A stretch of 64,000 nt of DNA from Felis catus (lineage: Eukaryota), in contig NC_058368.1 in NCBI RefSeq assembly GCF_018350175.1, positions 21,268,001 to 21,332,000 of the forward strand, read 5' to 3'. Shown piece by piece: positions 13,900-24,799 of the stretch. Numbering within the stretch: position 1 is the stretch's first letter; each line of letters opens with the position of its first letter. The notes under the pieces were generated by a model. It saw nothing but the letters and a program-made list of their open reading frames with translations. It was not told the origin of the DNA and ran no database searches. The position numbers were made by a program, and so were the translations under genes.

Positions 13900-14026
13900 C
13901 AGCACAGGTCATGGTTTTATGCAGTGAACTCCAGCTGTGTGTTTCCTTCCTTTCTGTCCTTTCAGGTTTGCAGTGAGTTTAAATAACAGGGGAGGAAGGT
14001 GTGGAGACAGTTCCACTACTACTAGC
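13900..14026 (-). CDS. Candidate exon (127 nt) carrying a probable start codon (ATG at 13912-13910, MTCA), in frame with the 11666-11752 exon
   Basis: Acceptor ccacctcccttttatag| and donor GCTG|gtaagag. Context aaaaccATGacc has A at -3. The exon ends in phase 1, matching the next exon. An in-frame TAA at 13981-13979 lies upstream of the ATG, so only 13900-13912 would be coding. Confidence 0.55.
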
Positions 14027-14492
14027 CTATAAAAGGGAGGTGGCTTTACTTATTTCCACCTTACAACCTGGCCCATGCATAATAAGGACTACCCTCTCAG
14101 ATGTCACAGCACTCTGCCCCCAGAAATTAAATAGGACTTCTTCTCTCAAGTCTGCAGACCCTGGATACATTTCCCATACAGAACAAGATTTGTTTTGACT
14201 CTCAGACAGCTTTTCAGTAATATTTCTGTTAGGTAAAGTGGGCCGTCACCATATTTGTGTTTCTGCATGCTTTTACCTTTTTTTTTTTTTTTGACACAGA
14301 TAAGAAGATACTCCAAACTTTTACTTTCCTTGGACACAAGGATATCTATGTGCCATATACCCAGCCTCCATCAGAGATCAATTCATCCCAGGTCTTTACC
14401 TCCAAATGGTTCCCAACCTCTTTTTCCTCTATATTGTAGGGTACTATAACTTTGTAAACTATTTGAGATCCTTTTTGAAGTTAAGAGTGTAA

Positions 14493-14697
14493 GGGCGCCT
14501 GGGTGGCTCAGTGGGTTAAGCGTCCCACTTCGGCTCAGGTCATGATCTCAGTTTGTGAGTGTGAGCCCCGCATCAGGCTCTGTGCTGGCAGTGCAGAGTT
14601 CTGCTTCGAGTTCTGTGTCTCCCTCTCTCTCTGCCCCTCCCTTGCCCCTGCTCACACTCTGTCTTTCTCTCTCTCTCAAAAATAAATACACGTTGAA
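14493..14697 (+). mobile_element. Can-SINE
   Basis: gggcgcctgggtggctcag head, (CT)n, aaaaataaata tail. Confidence 0.95.
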
Positions 14698-14739
14698 ATT
14701 GGGCAGTGTAAAATTCATGAAATAAATAATAATTGGGAA

Positions 14740-15500
14740 ATTTACAAACCGCGTTTCTCCACATGCAAGCCCTGTAAAGGCGTGGCACAGTGGAAAGTAC
14801 GCCGGGGTGAGAGGCGGAGACCAGGTCCTGGTGCTGAGCTTCGCAGCCTCAGGGCCTGTGTCCTGTCTGTGTAGTGAGGCGTGGAGAGGGTAGCTCTCTG
14901 AGGACCATGCCAGATGCCTGGGTCTGTATTTGGAAGGATTGACTAAAGGGCATTTTGTCATCTGTCTACTTCCTGTCTTCAGAAATCTTTTTCATCTACA
15001 GTATGTGTCTAAAATGAGTAGCAGAGACAAGAGGTGGTAACATGTCTCGCTTCAGGAAATACTGTGAAAATAGAGCTGAGCAGACATCAGGACACCATGA
15101 GATGTAGAGCCGCTTTCTGGCTTCAAATTCTTCGCTCCACATACAGTTCCAATTGACCACAAAAAAAGGTACTATCTCTTTGAACCTTACAATTATCTCC
15201 TTCCCCCACCCCACCCTTTGTAATTATCATCCCAAGTACAAGTTGACTGTGGCCGTGCTGCTGCATGTAATGCGGTTGATTGGCCTGTTGGTGAATGGGC
15301 TTGGGTAGCTTTGCCCCCACAGGGGGAAATGTTGAAAACACGGAACAACTAGCACAGGGTCCCAACCAACCAGAACCGGCACCCAATCAATGGCACGGAC
15401 AGGGGCTGGCTTGCCACACAGCTGCATTCCAGCTGAGTATCAGCCCTGCCTGCTTCCACTCGGACTCCTGTTCTGGCTCCTCGTCGAGGAAGGAGGACAC
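14740..15500 (-). promoter_or_regulatory. Possible alternative promoter / first-exon region just upstream of the ATG exon
   Basis: Locally raised GC and CpG content in unique DNA. CCAAT motifs at 15279-15283 (minus) and 15383-15387 (plus). Unpaired donor AACT|gtatgt at 15145/15144. Inference only. Confidence 0.25.
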
Positions 15501-15787
15501 AGAGATGCATTTGGGCAGTGCTGGTCCTGTAATTCTGGCTCTGGTGACCCCACGACTTCCTAGTGACAGGATTTACTTGGAAAGTGCTAAAATCTGCAAG
15601 ATAGGTGCTTGAATGAGGAGACTGAAGACTGTTTTTAAATACGGTCTCTGTCTATTATCTAACTATCTATCCAGCCAGCCATCCCTTCTCTCTCTTTCCC
15701 TATCTTTCTTTCCTCCCCTTCTATCTTTATTTTAATAATACTGTGAGTGTCCACAAGACACACAAAAGCTAGATTCTTAACAATAGC

Positions 15788-15862
15788 CTCTATCTACCCC
15801 ACCCCCCGCACTGTCTCTGTCTCTCTCAAAATAAATAAAAATCAACTTAAAAAACAAAAACA
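15788..15862 (+). mobile_element. 5'-truncated Can-SINE (3' end only)
   Basis: ctgtctctgtctctctcaaaataaataaa plus A-rich tail. Confidence 0.75.
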
Positions 15863-16170
15863 ATAAAGCCCAAGCTAATTGTAGAAACTCTAGAAAACAC
15901 AAAAAAAATTTTAAGAAGCAAATAAAACTCATCACGATCTTGTGTTTCTTTTGGTCTTTCTCTTTCCAATGCACACATTAGTTTTTCTCACCAAATTGGG
16001 ACCCAGTTGCATAAATAATAAGTAAGTAGGTAATTATAGATTTTGATAAGTGCAATGACAGAAAGAAACAGAGTACAGTTTATTTTCTGGGTAATAAGGG
16101 GTAGAAATCATTGAATTGTACACGTGCCTGGGTGAATTTTATGGTATGTGAATTATATCTCAAAAATCTA

Positions 16171-16337
16171 TTTTTTAATGTTTTATTTTGGAGAGAAAGA
16201 GAGTGGGGGAAGGGCAAAGAGAGAGGGAGACAGAGAATCCAAAGCAGACTCCAAAGTGGCGCTCAAACTCACAAACCATGAGATCAAGACCTAAGCCAAA
16301 GTCAGAGGTTTAACCAGCCAAACCATCCAGGTGCTCC
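16171..16337 (-). mobile_element. Can-SINE (diverged, internally shortened)
   Basis: Reverse-complement SINE body and head. Confidence 0.9.
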
Positions 16338-16542
16338 TGTTTTTTAAAACGAATAATAAGGTGGAAGAACAGAGGATCAATGTTAGCATACACTATATAG
16401 GAAAAGTTCTAGCATACACTATATAGAAAGAGAGGTTGGAAAAGAATTAGGCAAGTTAATTCATATTTACAATAGATTTGATTTTTTTGCTATGCATACT
16501 TTTAGGAGACCTAACAATTTTCATTAACAATGTGTTTTTTGT

Positions 16543-16761
16543 GGAGCGCCCGGGTGACTCAGTCGGTTGAGCGTCTGACTTCGGCTCAGGTCATGATCTC
16601 GCGGCCTGTGAGTTCGAGCCCCGCGTCGGGCTCTGTGCTGACAGCTCAGAGCCTGGAGCCTGCTTCGGATTCTGTGTCTCCCACTCTCTGCCCCTCCCCT
16701 GCTCATGCTCAGTCTCTCTCTCTCTCTCTCTCAAAAATAAACATTAAAAAAAATTTTTTTA
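16543..16761 (+). mobile_element. Can-SINE (young felid type)
   Basis: CpG-rich body; 17-bp TSD AACAATGTGTTTTTTGT at 16526-16542 and 16762-16778. Confidence 0.97.
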
Positions 16762-17484
16762 AACAATGTGTTTTTTGTTTTTCCATTTTTTATTCTTTTT
16801 AAAAAATTATTTATTTACTTATTTTTATTTATTCATTTTAATAACAATGTGTTTTATTACATCATTTTTTATTGGGAGTTTTTAAAACTGTTTTCTTGAA
16901 GTATTTTAAGAACTGTCACTCCAAAACTCTAGAATGCTAGCTATCAACATTTCATAAATAAGTCATATTTGTAACCTGACCACACAAAAGAACAAAACAA
17001 TGTGGATTTTTCTGATTTTATGCTGACAAATCTGCTTAGATAAATCATTTCAGAATTAAAGTTTGAGAAAATTCTTACTATATCCTGATCAGTTGAGAGG
17101 TCAACAGGCATCTTGAAAGTAAAATCACTTTTGTTACTATAGTTAAGCCTATTCAGGACTCAGATAAACAACTTGTATAACGTACTTACCACAGTGTGTC
17201 TGTGAATTTCATCATCATTTTACAGGTAAGGACTCTAGCCCTGAGAGGAAGACAATTTGCCAGTCTGACTCTGCAACTGACATGGCAGCTGGAATGTCAG
17301 TTGATTACTGCTGGCTCACAGTTATCTAACACACTACAAAGTGGAGATTTAACAAATATCAGGTTAAATGCCTCAACATGGACAGCCCACTTGAATAATT
17401 TGACTTGATTACCATCTGAAATCTGACCAACGTCCACAGACTGGCAGAAAAATTATAGTTGGTGGAGACCAATATAACCATATG

Positions 17485-18245
17485 GGTTAATGTTCTTTCA
17501 ATCGCAGGTACAGAAATGCAATTAAACCAGCACTTTTAAAAGGAGCACGTATTGGAATCCCATAATTAGAAAAGGTAAGGGTGGGGCGTCTGGATGGCTC
17601 AGTCGGTTAAGCGTACGTCTTTGGCTCAGGTCATCATCTCATGGTTCCTGAGTTCAAGTCCCACATCCAGCTCTGTGCTGACAGCTCAGGGCCTGGAGCT
17701 TGCTTCAGATTCTGTGTCTCCCTCTCTCTCTGCCCCTCCCCTGCTCATGTTCTGTCTCTCTCTCTCTCTCAAAAATAAAATAAAATTTAAAAAAAATTTG
17801 TAAAGGAAAGGTAAGAGCATTCCTGGTTTTAAGCATTACTGGAGTACAAATAGTATCATCAGGAATCTGCCTCTTGTCCTCCATACCTTAGCCCTGCTTC
17901 CTCTGTGTGGACTCTCAGACCACTTCTCCCCAAAAGCAGCACTGGCACTGGGCCACTGGCAGCTTTAGACTTATATCGTCCTTACAGCTAATGAGCCAGC
18001 AAGCAAAAAGACACCTTATCCCTGAGAGTTCCAGCATGAGCCCCAGCACGGGTTGAGATGGGCGGGCTGAGTCAGATGTCCACTCCTGAGCCATGACAGC
18101 AGTCAGATGGATGAATTCTGATGGCCCAATCCTGGATCGTGTGCCCACCTCTGGGTACAGCGGCAGCAGTCAGTCCCATCAGAACTCAAGGCCCGAGAAC
18201 TGGGAAGGAATGGCACTCACAGAGATGTCAGGCAGACAAAAAACT
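17485..18245 (-). mobile_element. Old MaLR LTR (MLT1J/K/L-like), interrupted by a SINE
   Basis: gcaggtacagaaatgcaattaaaccagc end motif; tgtccactcctgagcca...tctgatggccca...tgtgcccacctctgg. Confidence 0.65.
17583..17798 (+). mobile_element. Can-SINE (felid type)
   Basis: Full body; TSD aaaggtaag. Confidence 0.95.
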
Positions 18246-19454
18246 TGCCCGCCACAACTACTACATTCCATGGTTCACTCCATTGGTAATAAAGACTGCA
18301 GCCTTCCGCTTTGGAAATAATGTATTAAGTGTTGTGTCTCAACTTCATGGACTCTTACAACTCTTACAACCTGAGACTGTAAAATGATTAGTCTCGAAAC
18401 CATAGCCAGAGGGAAAGTTTAGGGAAGGTCTGTCTGCAGGGACCACCTCAGCTCTGGATTTAGATGAGAAATGTCTGGGATGGGATACCTCTGAGTGCTA
18501 GAATACTGGCTCCCAGTTCAGCATATGTGTCTGCATATGCGTGTCCTGGCATTTAACTCTGGTGTATCAGCACAGCTCCGATACAGCTTCCTGACTTGGG
18601 ATGCAAAGCTGTGAAATTCAATGAAACAGACTAACATCTTGGAAGCATTCATATTCTTTTGATGTACGTGTGAAAACATTAAGATGAAACATCTCTGAAT
18701 ATCTTTTTGGCAACACTATGTCATACAAAGGGACCAAGATTTCTGCAGACTGTAAGTACTGGAGTCTTCCTTTTTATATAGATCTCTCTAGATTTTATAT
18801 TATTTGTTTTTTTAATACTATATTATATTATCAGCCATCTAAGGCCAAAAAAAAAAAAAGGTTCATGTAAACACGTATGTTTCTTTGACAATATAATTCA
18901 GAAAATACTTTTATTTATAGCTGCAGTATATATTTTTCTATTAGCACGATACCCCTGCCATAACAAGGTATCTTTTGAAACAAATATTCTAGAAAATCAG
19001 AATATCTCCAATCAGGTTCCTACTAGTAAGCCCCAGAATATGCAGTGTCTGTATAGTGCCCCATAACTAGGATTTTAATGCCCACACAAAAGAAAATGTA
19101 CTTGTATCAACAAACCAACGGTGTAACACCATGACCAATTTGAATAGCCCAACTCTGACCCCTCTAGCAAGAGAGAAGTCTTTGATAAGGGAAAGGGGTT
19201 CCAGATTGAGCCTAAACTGTGCCTATGGCTAGAATTCAGACTTCTGGGGTCGTGTCTGAAAAATAAGCAGAGGCAACTCAACTAGAATGTATTGGCTTGA
19301 GAGATTGGAGTGAGAAACCAGTTGAAAATAATTCAGTCTGAGGTGAAAACATTTGCATGAGCTTGGCCCAACATCAATGCCCCAGTCTTAGAGGGCACAG
19401 CATGGTGTCAGCCTAGGGGAAAAAAAGAAAGAAAGAAACACAAATAAAATCTCT

Positions 19455-20515
19455 GTAAAAGGATTTCTGCTAAAAATGATGGACTAGACTCACACTTAAG
19501 ATTCTACTCCATCCCAGAACCCTAGTAAAATAACAATAAAGAGATTTTCTTAAAAGCATAAGCCCGTAAGGATAAATGTGAAGACGCGACAGTTGATAAC
19601 AACAAAAATATTTTGGAAGCTAAAAATCTGATGAAACAAATGGTAACTAACATCACGAAAGAAAGCTGAATCCTATCCTGGCATTTAGGAAAAGCCCAGA
19701 AGCAACCCTGATTTATTCCTCAGAACCTCCAAAAGGTTTGGGCATCTTTGGAAATAGGGGAAGAGGACAGGCTAAAATGCGTTTCTGTAAAAGCCTTCAG
19801 CTCTCCCACCTTCTCCTCAGATGACAAAGGTTTATTCTCTAGAAACAGGCCTCTAGGTTGGAAGACAACAGAGCCATTGATGGTGGGTATACCACACTGA
19901 AAACAGGAAAAAGAAGTAAAAGCAGGAAGATGTTGAGACTCCCAGGCTATTCTCTCACTCAGCTCCCATAACACCAACAGTCAGGCTTATACTCCCTGAC
20001 AGGAGTTTGGAAGAGCCTTCACCAACCAGCCCAAGAGAAAAAACCTAATCATTAACATCCAAAATCCACCTACAAACAGCCCAGTCAGATCTCCCTCAAG
20101 CATACCACACACAAGGGTTTCCAATTTGCTCCTGATATCCCATTTCTGCATATGAGCAGGCAATTAGGACACCAGATAGTGGAGAACTTCTATTATAAAA
20201 GCTAAATACAAAATAAACAAAAAGGAAAAAACACCCTAGAAGAAACAGACTCTGCAGGAAAAGCAAACTTCCAAAAAATTATCAGTAATAACCTCAAAGA
20301 GATAAGGGAGGATACTGAACTTATGAACACAAAAATAAAAATAAAAACCCTGATTTTTAATGCTTTCAAAGAACAACAGAAAGTCTTAGAAAACAAAAAT
20401 GTGATAGCAGAAATGAAAAACTCATTAAAAGGGCTAGAAGTCAAAATTCAAGACGTTTCCCAGAAAATACAACAATAATAAAAAACCGAGATGGAAAATA
20501 GAAGAGAAACCATGA
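19455..20515 (+). mobile_element. Ancient HAL1/L1 5' region with decayed ORF1-like sequence
   Basis: gatagcagaaatgaaaaactcattaaaagggctagaag...gagatggaaaatagaagagaa is ORF1 coiled-coil-like; boundaries approximate. Confidence 0.6.
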
Positions 20516-20519
20516 AAAT

Positions 20520-20750
20520 TTATTTATAAGTATAACAATGTATATACACATATATTGAAAAACATTGGTATATAAAATATATCAACACATACATGAATAT
20601 ATATATACATGTATACATATACATACATACATATATACATATACACATATATATGTGTGTGTATGTGTGAAACACCACCCCACTCCATACACCAAAACAT
20701 ATGTGGTATGTGTGTATATAATATGCTACATATTTATGTGCTATGTATGT
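20520..20750. repeat. Degenerate (TA)/(CA)/(TG) low-complexity tract
   Basis: Read directly from the sequence. Confidence 0.85.
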
Positions 20751-21205
20751 TAATCACCTAGATATTACAAGCAACCTTTGAAATTTTATCATTTCTTCTT
20801 CTAAACAGCTAACCAACCACACTGCACCAAATGGATATGATGGAGAGGGAAAGAAGGGGAGTCACCAAGGATGTAAAGGTGGAAGAGACTGTCAACCCAA
20901 GCATAGTCACTGGATCCTCTGGTATCTTGATGGTGATGGCAAAGAGTGACCTAAGAATCAACAGGAATGACTGAGGTGCCCTGTTTGGGGGCCACGTTGG
21001 GTCAGTTTACAGGTAAACCATGAACTAACTCCAAGAAAGAAAGATGGTGCCTACTTAGATCCTTTAATCAGAGCATTTCAAGAGCTTGGTTCCAGCCTCT
21101 ATGTCAGTGTCAGGGAAGCCGCATTTGCACTGGGCCACTCAGAACACATGAACACACAGTGGGGAGATGGCTCTCCTCGATTCACTCAGTGGTCAAGTTA
21201 CTCAC

Positions 21206-21278
21206 AGCACACAGCTTAGAGGGTTGGAAAGTGTGCTTCAGTATTATTCTCATGGCACTAGCACAACTCTGTGGAATT
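21206..21278 (-). other. Candidate exon (73 nt), one open frame IPQSCASAMRIILKHTFQPSKLCA (phase 2-0); 5'UTR/uORF or coding
   Basis: Acceptor ctggcctgtcctcactgcag| and donor TGCT|gtgagtaa; unique (non-repeat) sequence. Confidence 0.45.
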
Positions 21279-21879
21279 CTGCAGTGAGGACAGGCCAGAG
21301 CATGGGAGGAAACATGGAGATACCCCTGTATCAGAATATCTGATACAAGCTCCAAGGATCCACGACAAATCTGGAGGATCAAAGCCGAAAGCGTGGCATA
21401 TGTAAGCCCTCCACCCCCTCAACCCCGCTGCACCATAACATGCATTCACCCCATGCAAAATAAACAAGGGCAGATACGACATATGTCACATATATCTCTC
21501 TAAGACTTATAAGACCACCATCCTTCTGGTTGAATCCCAATTCATGCAACCAAAAATGTTTTCAAAAAAATACAAACATCATGAAGGACACTTCTTAATA
21601 TCACCTTCTTCCTTCTCCCTCTATTGCCTTCACAGACTATAACTGCTCCCAAACCTCTCTTCCCAAATTCTCTTCCAGACCTTGCCCCCAGGTGCCCCTT
21701 GGATAGTTCACTTTCCTTCCACCAGGCCCAGAAAAGCAGGGTCCTGGTCAGGAATGGGGACAGGCTTAACAACTGGAAGTGTTTTTATATTAATAACCTT
21801 TATTCTCTTGTGCTCCAAGAAGGAAATAAGAAAGACATTGGCCAAAGAGTTCTTCTAAGATGGTGTGTGTGAATGTCTC

Positions 21880-21897
21880 TGTGTGTGTGTGTGTGTG

Positions 21898-21936
<39 letters not shown>
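21880..21936. repeat. (TG)n microsatellite, about 28 units with one CG interruption
   Basis: Read directly from the sequence. Confidence 0.95.
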
Positions 21937-21940
<4 letters not shown>

Positions 21941-23809
21941 CAAGAGAAATGTAATCATGTCTGAAGACAAATAAAATTTCTGGGTACAACAACATTTTAC
22001 AAACTGGATTTAGGAAAAGAAAATGGCTGCTGAGAAATTATGGAGAAGGAATAATGCAAACTCATAATCTGGTCAAGTCTATTCACATAGACAGCTTTAA
22101 CACCAGTGCAAACACAATGAATAAATATATTCAACATCAATAAAGCCAAGCTGAAGTTGAAAAGGAACTTGGAAAATCAAAAATCCTGTTGTTTGGGATA
22201 AATTTTCTCCAGTGGATTGAAAGCCAACTTTGGGGGCAGCCCGCAAAGAGAACAGATGGCTAGAGATAGGACCACTGGCTCACATTGGCCACTTCTGGCC
22301 TGCTAGGAAAAACTTAGAAAAGAAAAACCATAATAAGCCTGGGTTTATTATATTTCACTTGTAATTCTTTTATTCTGGTGAGATATTCTTTCCTTTAACG
22401 TGACCACACAAGTAACATGTGGTTTTGTTTATCATGTTGTGAAAGGAAAGAAAACTGGAACAGAGGTGCAAAGCACAGAGGGCAGTGATGTGAGATACTT
22501 TGTTCTACATCGACATGAAATCAAGACCCCAAAACTACACGAAGACTGTAAAAAACATAGGGTCCATAAAAGAAACACTTTTAATATTCAATGGGTCTTT
22601 TCTAAGCTATCTGCAATAAACCAATATGACTTTTATAATCACTTTTACAAAAACAACTTTTAAAAATACTGAACAGGCCTTCCTTCTTTGCCTAACTTCC
22701 AAACACTGTATGCATGCAACACTGCTTAAAAATCTCTTGAAAGTTCCAAACGTGCAAGTCCACAAATTCCCTGACAAGGATATCAGTGCTTGAGAGATTG
22801 CAAATGGCTGTGGCACTGTTTAGAAGCATTGCTGGGATGCTGTCCCCTAAATGTCACAGCAGCAACAATTTGTAATAGTTTTTCTGGGTTCAGCTGACTG
22901 ATAGCTGGACTGTCATTGATTTAGCAGACTAATGCTTCCTGGCTGGAAAGGCCTGCAATACTTGACATTTGACCATTCGAAGAGAATACGAGAGAAGCAA
23001 GTGGTAAAAGTAATAGTGAGAACAAGAATAAGAGTCCATTAGGCTGTTTGTTGTGGCGCTTTCCTTGAAAGAATAATACTTTACTCTCAAGAGACTTCCA
23101 TTCTAAAAATAACACAAATAGGAACACACAGTCCAGGATAGATGGAAATATCCAGAGACTAAAAAATAAATATATGTTAACCTTATTCTATTAGGCATAT
23201 TGTCAACAGGATTCCTCAAGACAAGGCTTCTCTCATTCTCATTAGTTTCCCAGTTGCTCCCAGAGAATCAGAAGGAGCCCCACCCCCATGCCTTTTCCAA
23301 ATTGCAAATTCATTCCAAACTCAGGGGGTACTAACTGGGCAGAACTGCTTCCAGTGAACCTGTGTGTGAAATTTAAGATTCTGTTGACTCTTACTCTCTT
23401 TTGGAGATAGCAAAACAATATCCCCCTTAGCTCGAATTGTTTGTTTCACATTACCATTATATATATTCTTCACTTTTTCAGGTTATCAACTCTTTGTGTG
23501 CGCAGAGTTATATTAACATGGCTTGAATGTACTTAGTGGTGAATTCCTGAGTACACAAGTTTTGTGTGAATGACAGTAACATTCGGTGTTATAGCTATGC
23601 TGCATAAGGTTAAAACATGTTAGATCTGGCAGACACAGGCAATAAGAAGGCAGTAATTAGTGCCAGGCTCCCTGCTTGGAGATGCTATAACTATCCTATT
23701 TTTCTTCCAGTGATTATATTGCAACATGAACTGAATTTTGACAATAGGTTATCTCAGGCCTACATGAAATGCAAAACCATTTTTTTCTCTAAGAGATTTT
23801 TTAATTTCC

Positions 23810-24013
23810 AACGTTTTTATTTATTTTTGGGACAGAGAGAGACAGAGCATGAACGGGGGAGGGGCAGAGAGAGAGGGAGACACAGAATCAGAAACAGGCT
23901 CCAGGTTCTGAGCCATCAGCCCAGAGCCTGACGCGGGGCTCGAACTCACGGACCGCAAGATCGTGACCTGGCTGAAGTCGGGCGCTTAACTGACTGCGCC
24001 ACCCAGGCGCCCC
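23810..24013 (-). mobile_element. Can-SINE (very young felid subfamily)
   Basis: Diagnostic gcgcagtc..ttcagccaggtcacgatc; 16-bp duplication AGATTTTTTAATTTCC at 23794-23809 and 24015-24030. Confidence 0.97.
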
Positions 24014-24799
24014 AAGATTTTTTAATTTCCTAGGAAATGTCTCTGGAAATGGATCGGAAAGACCCTTTTCTAAAGCTGCATAAATCCCAATTCTTGAGGA
24101 GCTTTCTAAAGAGCCTTCTGGCTATATGTACACATTCCGAGAGCAGATCCTTGGATAACACTCCTGAAGAACAGAGACCTTGAGAACAAGAGCAAAGGAG
24201 GGAGCTGCTGCTCCCAACAGACATGTCCTAGGGCCACTAGCTTCCCAGACTCTCCCGCCAAACTAACCCTCACCTGGGGAACACTAGTTCTACAGGTGTT
24301 ATCACTGAAAAGCCTGAGCAGCAACATAAGCTGCAAGTGATGCGAAGATTGATACCCCCTAAAGGGCAATGGATAGAATGGGCAAGAACAGTAGGGTATT
24401 TTTAAACAAATGGGTTTGAGGAATATGCTCCTTATATCAGTGAAGGACTTTCCAAAAGTTGTGTGTGGTCTGTACCATGTTTTCCCAATTTATTAGTGCT
24501 GTTCAAATATAACAGTAGAATCAACTCAATGTGTGTGCTGGAAACTCCAGCCCCTTTTCCAAAAACACCCTCTTGTCGTCACCTCAGACACTGCCATTCT
24601 AATCAGTGTCATATTCCAGACAATAAAATGGCAGAGAAAGAGAAAGAAAAAAAAACCTATTGCTCAGAAACCTAACCACTGCTAAGCTCAACACCTCCAA
24701 ATTAGGGTTCTTACAAAGTTACCACCTCCCTCTGAGCTGAACCACCACCCCTACCTGAAGCTCATCCTACATGGCTGGGTGAGGACACTTTCAAATGTC

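Noticed and set aside
13941..13978. Plus-strand acceptor (ctttctgtcctttcag) followed 7 nt later by gtgagt
   Set aside because: Explained as the complement of the purine-rich interior of the minus-strand exon; no plus-strand exon chain found.
14028..14034. TATAAAA box on the plus strand
   Set aside because: It is the complement of the minus-strand acceptor (cttttatag); no other promoter evidence.
21328..21346. 8-bp inverted repeat gtatcaga-ata-tctgatac
   Set aside because: Expected by chance in 64 kb; no associated structure.
24274..24304. 31-nt exon candidate (cttttcag|...CAG|gtgagg)
   Set aside because: Plausible sites, but frame-shifting length and no independent support; not listed as a feature.
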